From Synergistales bacterium (lineage in GTDB: Bacteria; Synergistota; Synergistia; Synergistales; JAFGMB01), in NCBI GenBank assembly GCA_963666205.1, contig OY762654.1, forward strand, positions 64,001 through 128,000: 64,000 nucleotides of DNA. Reading direction: 5' to 3'. Of this stretch, positions 31,101 through 40,809 are shown in pieces (position 1 is the first letter of the stretch; every line of letters begins with the position of its first letter). Below the pieces are notes generated by a model. The model saw only the letters and a list, made by a program, of their open reading frames with translations, had not been told where the DNA came from and did no database searches. Position numbers and translations under genes: made by a program.

Positions 31101-32150
31101 TCAAAAAATTATCATAGCATCTCCGAAGGAGAAAAAGCGATATTCTTCATGCACTGCTTCTTTGTATGCATTAATTGTATTATCATAACCCGCAAAAGCA
31201 GCCACAAGCATTAATAATGTACTTCTGGGGAGGTGAAAGTTTGTTACCATAGAATCCACTATCCGGAAAGAATAACCGGGATAGATAAAAAGGTCAGTTT
31301 GCTTTTTCCCAGACTGAAGAACACTTTTATCATCACTAAAACTCTCAAGGGTCCTTACAACAGTGGTCCCAATAGCTATAATTCTCCCCCCCGAGTTTTT
31401 TGTATCATTGACAGCACTACAGGTATCATCAGGTACTTCACATATTTCCCGGTGAATAATATGGTCACGAATGTCCTCCTCTTTAACGGGTCTGAATGTT
31501 CCTAACCCGACATGAAGGGTAACCCATGCTGTCCTGACTCCCCTTGATCTGATCCTTTTCAGAAGTTCTGTTGTAAAATGAAGACTTGCTGTAGGTGCTG
31601 CTGATGATCCGTCTTTTTCAGCAAAGACCGTCTGGTATGATGAAGCGGGTACATCTCTGTTGTGAATATAAGGGGGTAAAGGAACTTCCCCTATCTTGTG
31701 AAGCATTGCAATGACATCGATATTATCAGGGAAACTTATTTTTCTTGTTCCATCTTCCCTGTAGTCTTCAATTTCGACTTCTATTCCATTTGGAAGAAGA
31801 ACAGTATTTCCTGGTTTAAGTCTTCTACCTGGTCTGACAAGAGCTTCCCATGAATTTCCTTTCCCTTGAAAAGGAGATAAGACGAGCAATTCAACATCGG
31901 AGGTTCCTCGTATTTTTTTTCCATGTAATCTCGCTGGTATAACCTTTGTATTATTTAGCACAAGAAGGTCCCCAGGTTTCAGGAAATCGAGTATATCTCT
32001 GAAATGTCCGTGTTCGACCACTCCTGTATCTTTCTTGAGAATCAGAAGTCTGGAAGAATCTCTGGGCTCGGCAGGTTTCTGGGCTATCAGTTTTTCGGGT
32101 AGAAAATAATTGTAAGTGTCCAACTTATATTTATCTTTCATAACGTTCAT
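31101..32150 (-). CDS. queA: SAM:tRNA ribosyltransferase-isomerase
   Basis: NNTKVIPARL, PLPPYI, AAPTASLHF, LHVGLGTF, GTT..R.LE, TNFHLP and FFSFGDAM. Confidence 0.97.
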   Translation of the reverse strand: MNVMKDKYKLDTYNYFLPEKLIAQKPAEPRDSSRLLILKKDTGVVEHGHFRDILDFLKPGDLLVLNNTKVIPARLHGKKIRGTSDVELLVLSPFQGKGNSWEALVRPGRRLKPGNTVLLPNGIEVEIEDYREDGTRKISFPDNIDVIAMLHKIGEVPLPPYIHNRDVPASSYQTVFAEKDGSSAAPTASLHFTTELLKRIRSRGVRTAWVTLHVGLGTFRPVKEEDIRDHIIHREICEVPDDTCSAVNDTKNSGGRIIAIGTTVVRTLESFSDDKSVLQSGKKQTDLFIYPGYSFRIVDSMVTNFHLPRSTLLMLVAAFAGYDNTINAYKEAVHEEYRFFSFGDAMIIF

Positions 32151-32171
32151 TCTTACCTCTGTGAGTTAATC

Positions 32172-33587
32172 TTAATAGTATCGTTTTATAGTTGTTCCTG
32201 GGTAGTAGTGGGATATTATCTGATTACTTTTCCATCCTTTTTCGGCCAGACTTTTAGCCCCCCACTGAGATAAACCTACTCCATGTCCCCAACCCTTTCC
32301 CTTCAGAATAAAATCCGACCCTGAAGAGTAAGCCGATTTTTGCTTTTTCTTTATTTTAGAAGGCTCTCTGCTTAAAGCTTTTACAAGGTAAGACTTTCTC
32401 TTTTCTGGATGAAGAAGCATGTCAATCATCTGTTCAGCATTAAAAAAACCCTGTTTAGTGAGAACAGTCATTAACTTTTCTTCTTCAATGCTTAGTTCTG
32501 GCGATTCTTCATCAACAAAGGACAATCTTGGGGCTGGGGATTGCTGGTTAAGAAGTGTTTTTTGTTTACTTTCTTGGGACATCGCTCTATAACTCCCAGA
32601 TGATATGTTGAACATGGTGCTTTTAATTGTTTTGGAACCTACAGCCATTCTGAAAGCATGAGAAGAAAGAACCTTTGCTCCCTCTGTTCCAGTAATCTTT
32701 ATCATATCAGCTCTTCCGAAAGGGTTGAGTTGAGTTACTTCCAGATTTGTCACATCACCGATATTTACGCCTATACTATTAAGGGCTTTTTTAATATCAG
32801 AGGATTTCAGAGAAGTGGTCCATGATGAATATGGTGATACATAGTCAAAGGGTTCTCTTGTTGCTTTTAAATAGGGAATCTGTCCACCCCAGACTGTTCT
32901 TACATCCGCTGTTGCTCCACCGCTATCTGAATGGAAGGGAGTCAAAGCTATTTTCCCATTAAAGGTTACCACAAGTCCCCTGGTTTCTTTGACAGCTCTG
33001 TCGAGAAGGGGATCTTCTGCATTAACACCCCGATAGACCTGGCAATGAGGCAGATTACAAAGATCATATCCATCTTTAGAGTGTCTGCCCATGTGTCTGA
33101 AAGCGTAGGTTCTGGAAATAATAGCTTGTGTTTTGAGAGCTTCAAAGGGCCAACTGGGATTGACTTCCATTTTCAGAACGCCCCTTAAATAATCTTCTAC
33201 CTCAAGAACGTTTATCAGGTTCAATCCATGGTTTCCCTGAATGACCTTTAAGCTTCCTCTGTATTTTGTGTTGTTGAAAACCAGAAATCCCTTCCCTGAT
33301 ATAGAAAGAGGAAGATGGAAGATGTCATTCTTTATATTCACTATTCCTGGCCTACCCTTACTAGTAAGGACAAGGTTACTCTTGACCGTTATTTGTTTCC
33401 CCTTAGAATCCTGAAGGATATAAGATGAAGTAGATGAAATATTCAATGACATCTTGTCAGATACAAGTCCGATCTGGATATGTTTACTGGAAGCTTCCGA
33501 TATTGAAGTAAAGAAAATCAATATAGAAACAAAAAAAATAGCCAGTACAGGGATTTCATAAGGTCTAGATCTGGTCATCAGTACCAC
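32172..33587 (-). CDS. SpoIID/LytB-domain peptidoglycan lytic transglycosylase
   Basis: Signal peptide; EDYLRGVLKME, EALKTQAI.SRTY, CQVY.G and GWGHGVGLSQWGA. Confidence 0.9.
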   Translation of the reverse strand: MVLMTRSRPYEIPVLAIFFVSILIFFTSISEASSKHIQIGLVSDKMSLNISSTSSYILQDSKGKQITVKSNLVLTSKGRPGIVNIKNDIFHLPLSISGKGFLVFNNTKYRGSLKVIQGNHGLNLINVLEVEDYLRGVLKMEVNPSWPFEALKTQAIISRTYAFRHMGRHSKDGYDLCNLPHCQVYRGVNAEDPLLDRAVKETRGLVVTFNGKIALTPFHSDSGGATADVRTVWGGQIPYLKATREPFDYVSPYSSWTTSLKSSDIKKALNSIGVNIGDVTNLEVTQLNPFGRADMIKITGTEGAKVLSSHAFRMAVGSKTIKSTMFNISSGSYRAMSQESKQKTLLNQQSPAPRLSFVDEESPELSIEEEKLMTVLTKQGFFNAEQMIDMLLHPEKRKSYLVKALSREPSKIKKKQKSAYSSGSDFILKGKGWGHGVGLSQWGAKSLAEKGWKSNQIISHYYPGTTIKRYY

Positions 33588-33606
33588 GCTCCAGAGAATG
33601 TGATCA

Positions 33607-33843
33607 TTATCGGTTCCATCTGGAAAAAAGAGTCAATATAACCGTTATAATGACACTTACTATGATCATTGAGGTAAAGGGGGCAAAAATGTATATATCT
33701 TTTTTATGATATGAAAAATCACCCGGCAGATTCCCGAAAAGACTTAAGGGAAACCTGTCAGAAACAAGAAGTATTGATCCTGCCAATATAAGTAATATGC
33801 CTCCAAGTATGAGGAGCTTTCCAAAGTTATGCAAAACTTTCAC
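33607..33843 (-). CDS. DUF2905 membrane protein
   Basis: Two TMs with GNLPGD motif; typical position between ruvB and queA. Confidence 0.8.
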   Translation of the reverse strand: MKVLHNFGKLLILGGILLILAGSILLVSDRFPLSLFGNLPGDFSYHKKDIYIFAPFTSMIIVSVIITVILTLFSRWNR

Positions 33844-33851
33844 CCATAAGG

Positions 33852-34904
33852 TTAAAGGATATCTTCATCTTGGAAACAGAATTGGAAATTGTTTTCGGAA
33901 GGACACGGTCTACCCAGGTACTGGTAGGCGTTCATGGTAGCCTTCCTTCCCCGCGGAGTTCTTTCCAGAAGTCCCTGTTGTATAAGGTAAGGTTCATAAA
34001 TATCTTCAATTGTCTGTTGTTCTTCATTCATAGCTGCAGCAATGGTAGACAGCCCTACCGGTCCACCTCCAAACAGGTCCACTATGACTTTAAGTATTTT
34101 TCTGTCTCCCTGATCAAGACCCAGTGCATCGAGCCCGAGCATATCCAATGCTGTTATGGAAAGAGGAGCATCGATTGTCCCGGCATTTCGGACTTCTGCT
34201 ACATCCCTCACACGGCGAAGCAATCTCAGGGCTACCCTAGGGGTTCCTCTGGACCTTTTTGCTATCTCCACTGCAGCTTCATCATTAATGTCTATTCCGA
34301 GTACTCTTGAACCTCTATGCACTATCTCAGTAAGGGTTTCTATTCCATAAAGGGCCAGTTGTTCAACTATTCCGAAACGTGCCCTTAGCGGTGAAGTCAG
34401 AAGTCCCAGTCTTGTGGTAGCTGCAACAAGAGTAAAGTTCGGAAGGGAGATACAGATATTATTGGCAAGGGGACCTTTCCCGACTATTATATGAAGAGAA
34501 TAGTCTTCCATGCCGGGATACAGTATTTCCTCTACGCTTGCTGGGAGACGGTGTATTTCATCAATGAACAGCACATCATTATCCTCAAGGTTGGAAAGAA
34601 TAGCTGCCAGATCACCAGGTCTTTCAAGGGCCGGGCCTGTAGTGACTCTAAGCTGTCCGCCCATTTCATGAGCAATAATACCTGCCAGTGTGGTTTTCCC
34701 GAGTCCTGGTGGTCCGTAGAACAAAGAATGATCAAGGGATTCCCCTCTTTGCCGGGCAGCCTGAATGTATATTTTCAACTTTTCCTTAAGATGATCCTGA
34801 CCAACAAATTCATCAAGGGTTTTGGGTCTTATAGAGAGATCTTCTTCTCCATTTAGAGGAGTAGAATTAAAAACCCTTTCTTCTTTTTCGAGCAACCTTT
34901 TCAC
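33852..34904 (-). CDS. ruvB: Holliday junction helicase RuvB
   Basis: [22 protein letters not shown] and RTPRGR. Confidence 0.98.
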   Translation of the reverse strand: MKRLLEKEERVFNSTPLNGEEDLSIRPKTLDEFVGQDHLKEKLKIYIQAARQRGESLDHSLFYGPPGLGKTTLAGIIAHEMGGQLRVTTGPALERPGDLAAILSNLEDNDVLFIDEIHRLPASVEEILYPGMEDYSLHIIVGKGPLANNICISLPNFTLVAATTRLGLLTSPLRARFGIVEQLALYGIETLTEIVHRGSRVLGIDINDEAAVEIAKRSRGTPRVALRLLRRVRDVAEVRNAGTIDAPLSITALDMLGLDALGLDQGDRKILKVIVDLFGGGPVGLSTIAAAMNEEQQTIEDIYEPYLIQQGLLERTPRGRKATMNAYQYLGRPCPSENNFQFCFQDEDIL

Positions 34905-35512
34905 CTCAGATTCCTGTTCAGTCCTTTCAGTGCAGCTTTCAACATCTGTCCTTCATTAATCCTGTCGAAATCATCTTTCATCTCTTCTTTTATCTTTTGC
35001 ATTACTGAAGCAATATCGTTAGTAGAAAAGCCAAGGGATCTAAGGGCAGAAATCACTGTGTCCGTAACGGCAGAACCAATCCCAGCAGTTAAAGGTGATG
35101 AAGGAAGAATAACATCATTAAAATGACGTTGAAGCTCGAAACATATTCTCTCTGCTGTTTTTTTACCAATGCCGGGAACGCTGATAAATGTATCCTGATC
35201 AGCATGTACTACAGCATTAACTATCTCTGAGGAAGACAACGAACGAAGTACAGTAAGAGCTAGTTTGCCCCCTACTCCCTTGATGGAAGTAAGTTTCAGG
35301 AAAATATCCCTTTCTTCTTCATTAGCAAATCCGAAGAGAGCAAGGCCATTTTCAGATACCTGGAGGTATGTTATCAAGCGTATTGTATTTGCTTCCTCGC
35401 TTAACCTCAAGGCCATAGATGAACAGCCTATTTCAAATCCAAAACCATGTACATCCATAACTATCGAATCTTTGTTTTTTACCAGAACGACTCCTTCGAG
35501 ACTTCTAATCAT
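34901..35512 (-). CDS. ruvA: Holliday junction branch migration protein RuvA
   Basis: [23 protein letters not shown] and ALRSLGF. Confidence 0.95.
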   Translation of the reverse strand: MIRSLEGVVLVKNKDSIVMDVHGFGFEIGCSSMALRLSEEANTIRLITYLQVSENGLALFGFANEEERDIFLKLTSIKGVGGKLALTVLRSLSSSEIVNAVVHADQDTFISVPGIGKKTAERICFELQRHFNDVILPSSPLTAGIGSAVTDTVISALRSLGFSTNDIASVMQKIKEEMKDDFDRINEGQMLKAALKGLNRNLR

Positions 35513-36029
35513 TGTTTTTGTACCCGGTCTTTCTTGAAAAAGAATCAAGAGCCAGGCCAGTAATAGCGATGGCTAAAGCATCCGCAGAGTCATCTGGCCT
35601 GGGGATTTCCCTTAGATTAAGTAAACGTTTAACCATTTTCTGTATTTGTGTTTTGTCTGCCGAACCATTTCCACAAACAGTCATCTTTATCTGATTGGGT
35701 TTTGGCTCGTAGTAACGAAGATTGTTTTGCGAAGCCAGAAGAAGAATAGTTCCTCTGGCTTGCCAGACATATCCGGCAGTAGTAGTATTTCTTCCAAAAA
35801 ACAATTGTTCAATGGACAAGAAATCCGGTTTCCATTGCTGTATTTTTTCATCGATAGACTGATATATAGTCTTAAGTCTTTTTGCGATATCACTTTTTGG
35901 TGGAGTTTCTATACATCCATATGACAAAGATTCATACGAATGTCCTCGTCGCAATACTACTCCATAGCCCAGTCTGCCAAGCCCAGGGTCTATTCCGAGA
36001 CAGATCACGTTGCTATGCTTCAAGTTCAT
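35505..36029 (-). CDS. ruvC: Crossover junction endodeoxyribonuclease RuvC
   Basis: GIDPG, IEQLFF and PDDSADALA. Confidence 0.96.
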   Translation of the reverse strand: MNLKHSNVICLGIDPGLGRLGYGVVLRRGHSYESLSYGCIETPPKSDIAKRLKTIYQSIDEKIQQWKPDFLSIEQLFFGRNTTTAGYVWQARGTILLLASQNNLRYYEPKPNQIKMTVCGNGSADKTQIQKMVKRLLNLREIPRPDDSADALAIAITGLALDSFSRKTGYKNND

Positions 36030-36765
36030 TGATCAGTTCATCTGGGATATCAAAGTTTGCGTATACGTTCTGGACATCATCCTGATCTTCTATGAGGTCC
36101 ATGAGTTTTAATATCTTATGGGCTTTATCCGTATTTGTTACTGGAACTGTTGTTTTAGGTATCATATCAGTATCAGCTTTCTCAAGGACATACCCTGCTT
36201 TTTCAAGGCTTTCTTTCACTGCAGAGAGGTTGGATGGATCTGAGTAGACAAGGAATCCCTCCTCACCTTTTTCTATATCCTCTGCACCTGCTTCTATTGC
36301 TTGCATCATAACTTCTTCTTCATCGAGGTCTTCTCCCAGTATCGTAATAACTCCTTTTCTTTCGAACATCCAGGCAACACATCCAGCTTCTCCCATGGAA
36401 CCTCCATTACGGCTCAGGATGGTTCTTAGTTCTGATGTGGTTCTGTTCTTGTTGTCGGTAAGAGTTTCAATAAGGATAGCAATTCCTCCTGAACCATATC
36501 CTTCATATATCAGTTCTTCATAGGATGCACCGGCTATTTCACCAGTTCCCCTTTTTATTCCTCTTGTAATGTTTTCCATGGGAACACTTGCAGCTCTTGC
36601 CCTTTCTATAGCTGTTTTTAACCTGGCATTCATAGCGGGATCTCCGCCACCCTCTTTTGCAGCAACTATAATGGCCCGAACAAGTTTTTGAAACAGATTA
36701 CCTCTTTTGGCATCCTGTGCAGCCTTCCTGTGTTTTATATTTGCCCATTTTGAATGTCCTGACAA
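36013..36765 (-). CDS. yebC: YebC/PmpR family protein
   Basis: MSGHSKWANIKHRK, YEGYG, TDNKNRT and DDVQNVY. Confidence 0.96.
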   Translation of the reverse strand: MSGHSKWANIKHRKAAQDAKRGNLFQKLVRAIIVAAKEGGGDPAMNARLKTAIERARAASVPMENITRGIKRGTGEIAGASYEELIYEGYGSGGIAILIETLTDNKNRTTSELRTILSRNGGSMGEAGCVAWMFERKGVITILGEDLDEEEVMMQAIEAGAEDIEKGEEGFLVYSDPSNLSAVKESLEKAGYVLEKADTDMIPKTTVPVTNTDKAHKILKLMDLIEDQDDVQNVYANFDIPDELINELEA

Positions 36766-36800
36766 AGAAGATCACCTCTCCATTAAATATCTTGTATTTA

Positions 36801-37550
36801 TTATTCTATCGGGCACACAGGGGGCATTTCCCGTTTGTGTGCACTAATATACATTTTCTCTTCGATCTTTTTTTGCACTGATTCGGGAATTGGGCACAAT
36901 TTAAGAAAGTTGTCAATATCTCTGTATGTCAGTCCCATTTCTTTTTCATCTGTCTGACCTGGCCAGAGCCCTGCACTTGGTGCCTTGTATATGATCGATT
37001 CGGGAATATTTAGATATTTAGCAGTTTCAATCACTTGTTCCTTTCGCAGAGCACCTATAGGCAAAAGGTCTGATCCTGAATCCCCATGTTTGGTAAAATA
37101 ACCGACAGTAAGTTCAGCTTTGTTACTTGTGCCGCAGACCAGGTAATTCTTACTCTGCGCCAGAAGGTAAAGAGTCATCATCCTTAACCTGGGCTTAAGA
37201 TTAGCGGCAGCAAGTTTTGTCACGTTTATTTCAGAATTATTAAAATTTTTTAAAAACATATCGTAAGTATCAGAAAGATCTATGGTTATATTGGGTAGTT
37301 CGAATTGTTGTACGAGCATCATGGCATCCTGCAGATCCTGTTGCTGGCTATGGCATGGCATCATTACAGCCAGCATATTGTTTTCAACAGCTCTGTGCAG
37401 CAGAACAGATACTAATGCGGAGTCTATCCCTCCACTTAAACCGACTATACCACCTGATGCTTTTGCATTGGATATTTTGTTCTTAAGCCATGATTCAATT
37501 ATGTTAACAATTGAATCATGGGTGTGGGAGGTGTCTGCCAATATTGCCAT
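36801..37550 (-). CDS. nadE: NAD+ synthetase (single synthetase domain)
   Basis: GLSGGIDS, NLKPRLRM, GYFTKHGD and PSAGLWPGQTDE. Confidence 0.95.
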   Translation of the reverse strand: MAILADTSHTHDSIVNIIESWLKNKISNAKASGGIVGLSGGIDSALVSVLLHRAVENNMLAVMMPCHSQQQDLQDAMMLVQQFELPNITIDLSDTYDMFLKNFNNSEINVTKLAAANLKPRLRMMTLYLLAQSKNYLVCGTSNKAELTVGYFTKHGDSGSDLLPIGALRKEQVIETAKYLNIPESIIYKAPSAGLWPGQTDEKEMGLTYRDIDNFLKLCPIPESVQKKIEEKMYISAHKREMPPVCPIE

Positions 37551-37650
37551 CTCCTAACGTTGGGGTCAAAGAAATATCCTGGTTATTTTAACATATTCAT
37601 CCATATAATCCCTTTAAAGATGAGTAAACTATTTCTGAAATGGAAAAGTC

Positions 37651-38442
37651 TTAAAGGGTTGTGACAGAGTGATAAAGGGAATGATTCCTTCCATCAAAAA
37701 CAGGTAACATCCTTCTTGCCCTTGAAACTTCAGAGGTTTCAATATTGGTTTTAAGGATTTCGAAGCTATCCTTTCCTTCCTGCATTATCTCGCCAAATGG
37801 TGAGATAATCATTGATGTTCCTCCGTAGTTATATTTTCCAGAACGCCCACATTGGTTGACCCCAAGCACAAAGATTTCATTTTCTATCGCTCTTGCCTGA
37901 AGAAGAGTTCTCCAATGAGATATCCTGAGGGCGCCCCAGGCTGCAGGAACAAACAATATTTCAATGCCAGCCAGAGCCAGTGCTCTTATGTATTCAGGAA
38001 ACCTTATGTCATAACAAAGGACACACGAACATCTCACTTCCCCAATATTGAAAAACAGTGGGGCAGTACCAGGTGAGAACTGTCTGTCAAGTTCAGGGAA
38101 AAGATGGCATTTATCATATTTACCTACTATTATGCCAGAATCATCAATGATAAAACTCCGATTATACATTTTCCCTTTTTCATATACGGGCATAGATCCT
38201 CCAATGATCCAGGAGACTTTATTTTTTGCTACTCCTGCCAGAAATTCAAGGGCTTTAGAGGAAGATTCTGAATGGGTCATAAGATTTTCATTATCATATG
38301 AACATGTCCATAATTCGGGCAGAACAATGATGCTGAATGGTTTAACCTGATCATCTAGGATCCTTTTCAGGCTTTCTATGTTAGCAGAAGGGTTTCCAAA
38401 TTTAACAGCAGTCTGGATCATACTTATATTCAGATTTGTCAT
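37651..38442 (-). CDS. Nitrilase-superfamily carbon-nitrogen hydrolase
   Basis: Glu-Lys-Cys triad in LPELW, YDKCHLF and CYDIRFPE; RAIENE. Confidence 0.9.
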   Translation of the reverse strand: MTNLNISMIQTAVKFGNPSANIESLKRILDDQVKPFSIIVLPELWTCSYDNENLMTHSESSSKALEFLAGVAKNKVSWIIGGSMPVYEKGKMYNRSFIIDDSGIIVGKYDKCHLFPELDRQFSPGTAPLFFNIGEVRCSCVLCYDIRFPEYIRALALAGIEILFVPAAWGALRISHWRTLLQARAIENEIFVLGVNQCGRSGKYNYGGTSMIISPFGEIMQEGKDSFEILKTNIETSEVSRARRMLPVFDGRNHSLYHSVTTL

Positions 38443-38537
38443 TGAAGGACCACCTTGATATTAGTTGTAAGTTTCCAACATGATTATATAGTATAGTTGA
38501 CCTGGATATAAAAGAAATGATCGGAGGTGTTTTCTTT

Positions 38538-38945
38538 TTGGAAAAACTGGTTCGATTTGGAGTTGCTGTACCTGAAAATCTCCTGGTTGAGTTCGATAAA
38601 TGGATCAAGAATAAGGGAATCCCCAATCGGTCCGAAGCTATTCGCCAGCTTATAAGGGAGTTTGTTGCAGAAGAACATTGGGATTGTGAAACAGGCACAG
38701 TATATGGAGCTATCACAATAACCTATGACCATCATGCCCATGATGCCATGGGGGGGCTGACAACTTTACAGCATGACTTTGGGGACATAATCAACTGCAG
38801 TACCCATGTTCACATTGATCATGACCACTGTCTTGAAGTGATAGTAGTAAACGGGAATGCAAAAAACATAAAGAAACTGGTCGACTCATTGTCATGCATG
38901 AGATGTGTGGAAACTGTTTCTCACAGGATAACTACGATCCTCTAG
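38538..38945 (+). CDS. nikR: Nickel-responsive regulator NikR
   Basis: RHH N-terminus (RFGVAV...NRSEAIRQLIR), YDHH and HVHIDHDHCLEV; GGAGG SD before TTG. Confidence 0.93.
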   Translation: MEKLVRFGVAVPENLLVEFDKWIKNKGIPNRSEAIRQLIREFVAEEHWDCETGTVYGAITITYDHHAHDAMGGLTTLQHDFGDIINCSTHVHIDHDHCLEVIVVNGNAKNIKKLVDSLSCMRCVETVSHRITTIL

Positions 38946-38960
38946 GAAGTGATATAAAAT

Positions 38961-38983
38961 AAGGGCAGCACACGGCTGCCCTT
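38961..38983 (-). other. 9-bp GC-rich hairpin: terminator and/or SECIS-like element
   Basis: Minus strand aagggcagc-cgtgt-gctgccctt followed by atttt; starts 12 nt after the UGA of the zinc-ribbon gene. Confidence 0.65.
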
Positions 38984-38986
38984 AAA

Positions 38987-39151
38987 CTAAATTCCTCATG
39001 AAGAACATGTATTCCTTTTCATTGATTCTCCTTCAAGGAGGAAGAGAATCTTGTTTTTGCATTCTGGACATTTCAAGTCCTTATCTTTCGAGGAAAGCTC
39101 AAATTCATGACCACATTCTGCACATCTGAAACGGCGAGTCTCTTCTGGCAT
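38987..39151 (-). CDS. Small FmdB-like zinc-ribbon protein (51 aa to UGA; 54 aa if UGA is read as Sec); absent from ORF track
   Basis: Hand translation MPEETRRFRCAECGHEFELSSKDKDLKCPECKNKILFLLEGESMKRNTCSS(UGA)GI*. Two CxxC knuckles; AAAGGAG SD upstream. Confidence 0.8.
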
Positions 39152-39383
39152 CTAAACATCTCCTTTCGTCAAGCGAGAAAGTTGTCACTATTAATTATAG
39201 ATCACTATTTAATAAGTTACCAGATAGGTATTTCATAAAATAAAATGATTTGTTCAAAATGTTACCCTGACTCTAAAGTTTGTTAAAAAACATCCCAACC
39301 ATTCGTTAAAGGATAAAGCTTACGATGTCAAAGTAAGGGAAAACATATTCCTTCTTGAGAGTCTGACGGTCGTAAGACAATGG

Positions 39384-40613
39384 TTATAGTTCCAGCCTGG
39401 ACAGTGGCATAGTCATACACCTAGGGCCTCCCCTTCCCCTGCCCAGTTCTGATCCTCTGATCTCAAATACATTCACTCCTGCATCCCTGAGAGACCGGTT
39501 GGTTACAACATTCCTGCTATAGGTAATGACTTGCCGGGGAGCAACTGCAAATACGTTTGCTCCATCGTTCCATTGATCTCTTGCAGCTTGTACCGGATCA
39601 CCCCCACCTGTTTCTATAAAATTAATTTTTTCGAGGCGAAGGTTCTTTAAAAGGCATCTCTGCAGATCTTTGTGTTGAAACAGTCCAGTCAGTTTGCCTT
39701 CAGGGTCGTAATCCAACTGCCATACTTCCAGTAAATCATAAATTCCTTGATAAATTGTAAAGGAATCATGGTCGATCATAGTAAATACGGTGTCAAGATG
39801 CATGGCAGACCTTGTTTTGGGAATATCCACGGCTATGATTCTCTGACATGCTCCGCACCTGCTCAATTTAGTTCCAAGAGCCTGTATAGCTGAAGAAGAG
39901 GTCCTTTGACTTATACCTATAGCTATAATATCCGGGGAAAGAATAAGAATGTCTCCTCCTTCGACAGATCCGCAGCGTTTGTCTTCTTCAGCATTGCCGA
40001 AGATAACTTCAAGATCTGAAAGTTCAGGATGATGCTGAAATATATATTTCCCATAAAGCGACTCTCTCATTCTTGCAGGGAAATTCATGTTGCTTATAAT
40101 AACCTTGTTTCCTACAACAACATATGGATCACGCTGGAAATATAAATTGGGAAGCGGTGAGATCACAAAATCATCATCATTCATAATACTGATAGAAAGA
40201 CTTTTAATGGTATTGGTGTATTTCAGTAATTCCCCCCTGGTAATCCCCGAAAACAGGATTTCTATTAATGAAGCTATATCAATCCGATGAAGGGTATCTT
40301 CCAATTCATTTCTGAGAGTGACTTCAAGCACCTCATTCTTTAGAACGTCCTGGATTAATGAGAATCGTACCTCTTCCATCTTCAGGATATCTCCCAGGAG
40401 ATTCTTCAGATATGTTACTTCTGTACCACAGTTTCTAAGAGTTTCTACAAATGAGTCGTGTTCCTTCTGTGCTTCTTCAACCCATAAAAGATCATCAAAA
40501 AGAAAGAGATCCTTGTTTGCAACTGTAAGTCTGTCCAGTTCTTTTCCAGGTCTATGGAGCATCACATTTTTCAAAGGTCCTATTTCTGAAGTAATACCAT
40601 GTTTCTTTTTCAA
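39384..40613 (-). CDS. arcA: Arginine deiminase
   Basis: [35 protein letters not shown] and [13 protein letters not shown]. Confidence 0.96.
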   Translation of the reverse strand: MKKKHGITSEIGPLKNVMLHRPGKELDRLTVANKDLFLFDDLLWVEEAQKEHDSFVETLRNCGTEVTYLKNLLGDILKMEEVRFSLIQDVLKNEVLEVTLRNELEDTLHRIDIASLIEILFSGITRGELLKYTNTIKSLSISIMNDDDFVISPLPNLYFQRDPYVVVGNKVIISNMNFPARMRESLYGKYIFQHHPELSDLEVIFGNAEEDKRCGSVEGGDILILSPDIIAIGISQRTSSSAIQALGTKLSRCGACQRIIAVDIPKTRSAMHLDTVFTMIDHDSFTIYQGIYDLLEVWQLDYDPEGKLTGLFQHKDLQRCLLKNLRLEKINFIETGGGDPVQAARDQWNDGANVFAVAPRQVITYSRNVVTNRSLRDAGVNVFEIRGSELGRGRGGPRCMTMPLSRLEL

Positions 40614-40809
40614 TTCATCTCAACCTCTCTTTATGTGATGAAAATAATCTTATATTGAGTGCTATGCTCAATATATGGAAAAAATCAAATCCAGGTGTTT
40701 AGTGGAATAAAACTGGAGAATCTTTTTTTAAATCTATTTCCGCATATAATGGGATGTTGAAAAGCGCGAGTCATGGCTCTTCAGTATAAGAGACCATAAC
40801 TTGGAATTA

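Noticed and set aside
30976-31104. N-terminal extension of the AmrA ORF in the ORF track
   Set aside because: AT-rich intergenic-like sequence; the conserved domain starts near PHPP and an SD-like GGAAAGGA precedes 30975.
38443-38537. NikR operator in the divergent nitrilase/nikR spacer
   Set aside because: No convincing GTATGA-N16-TCATAC-like palindrome, and no nickel transporter genes nearby.
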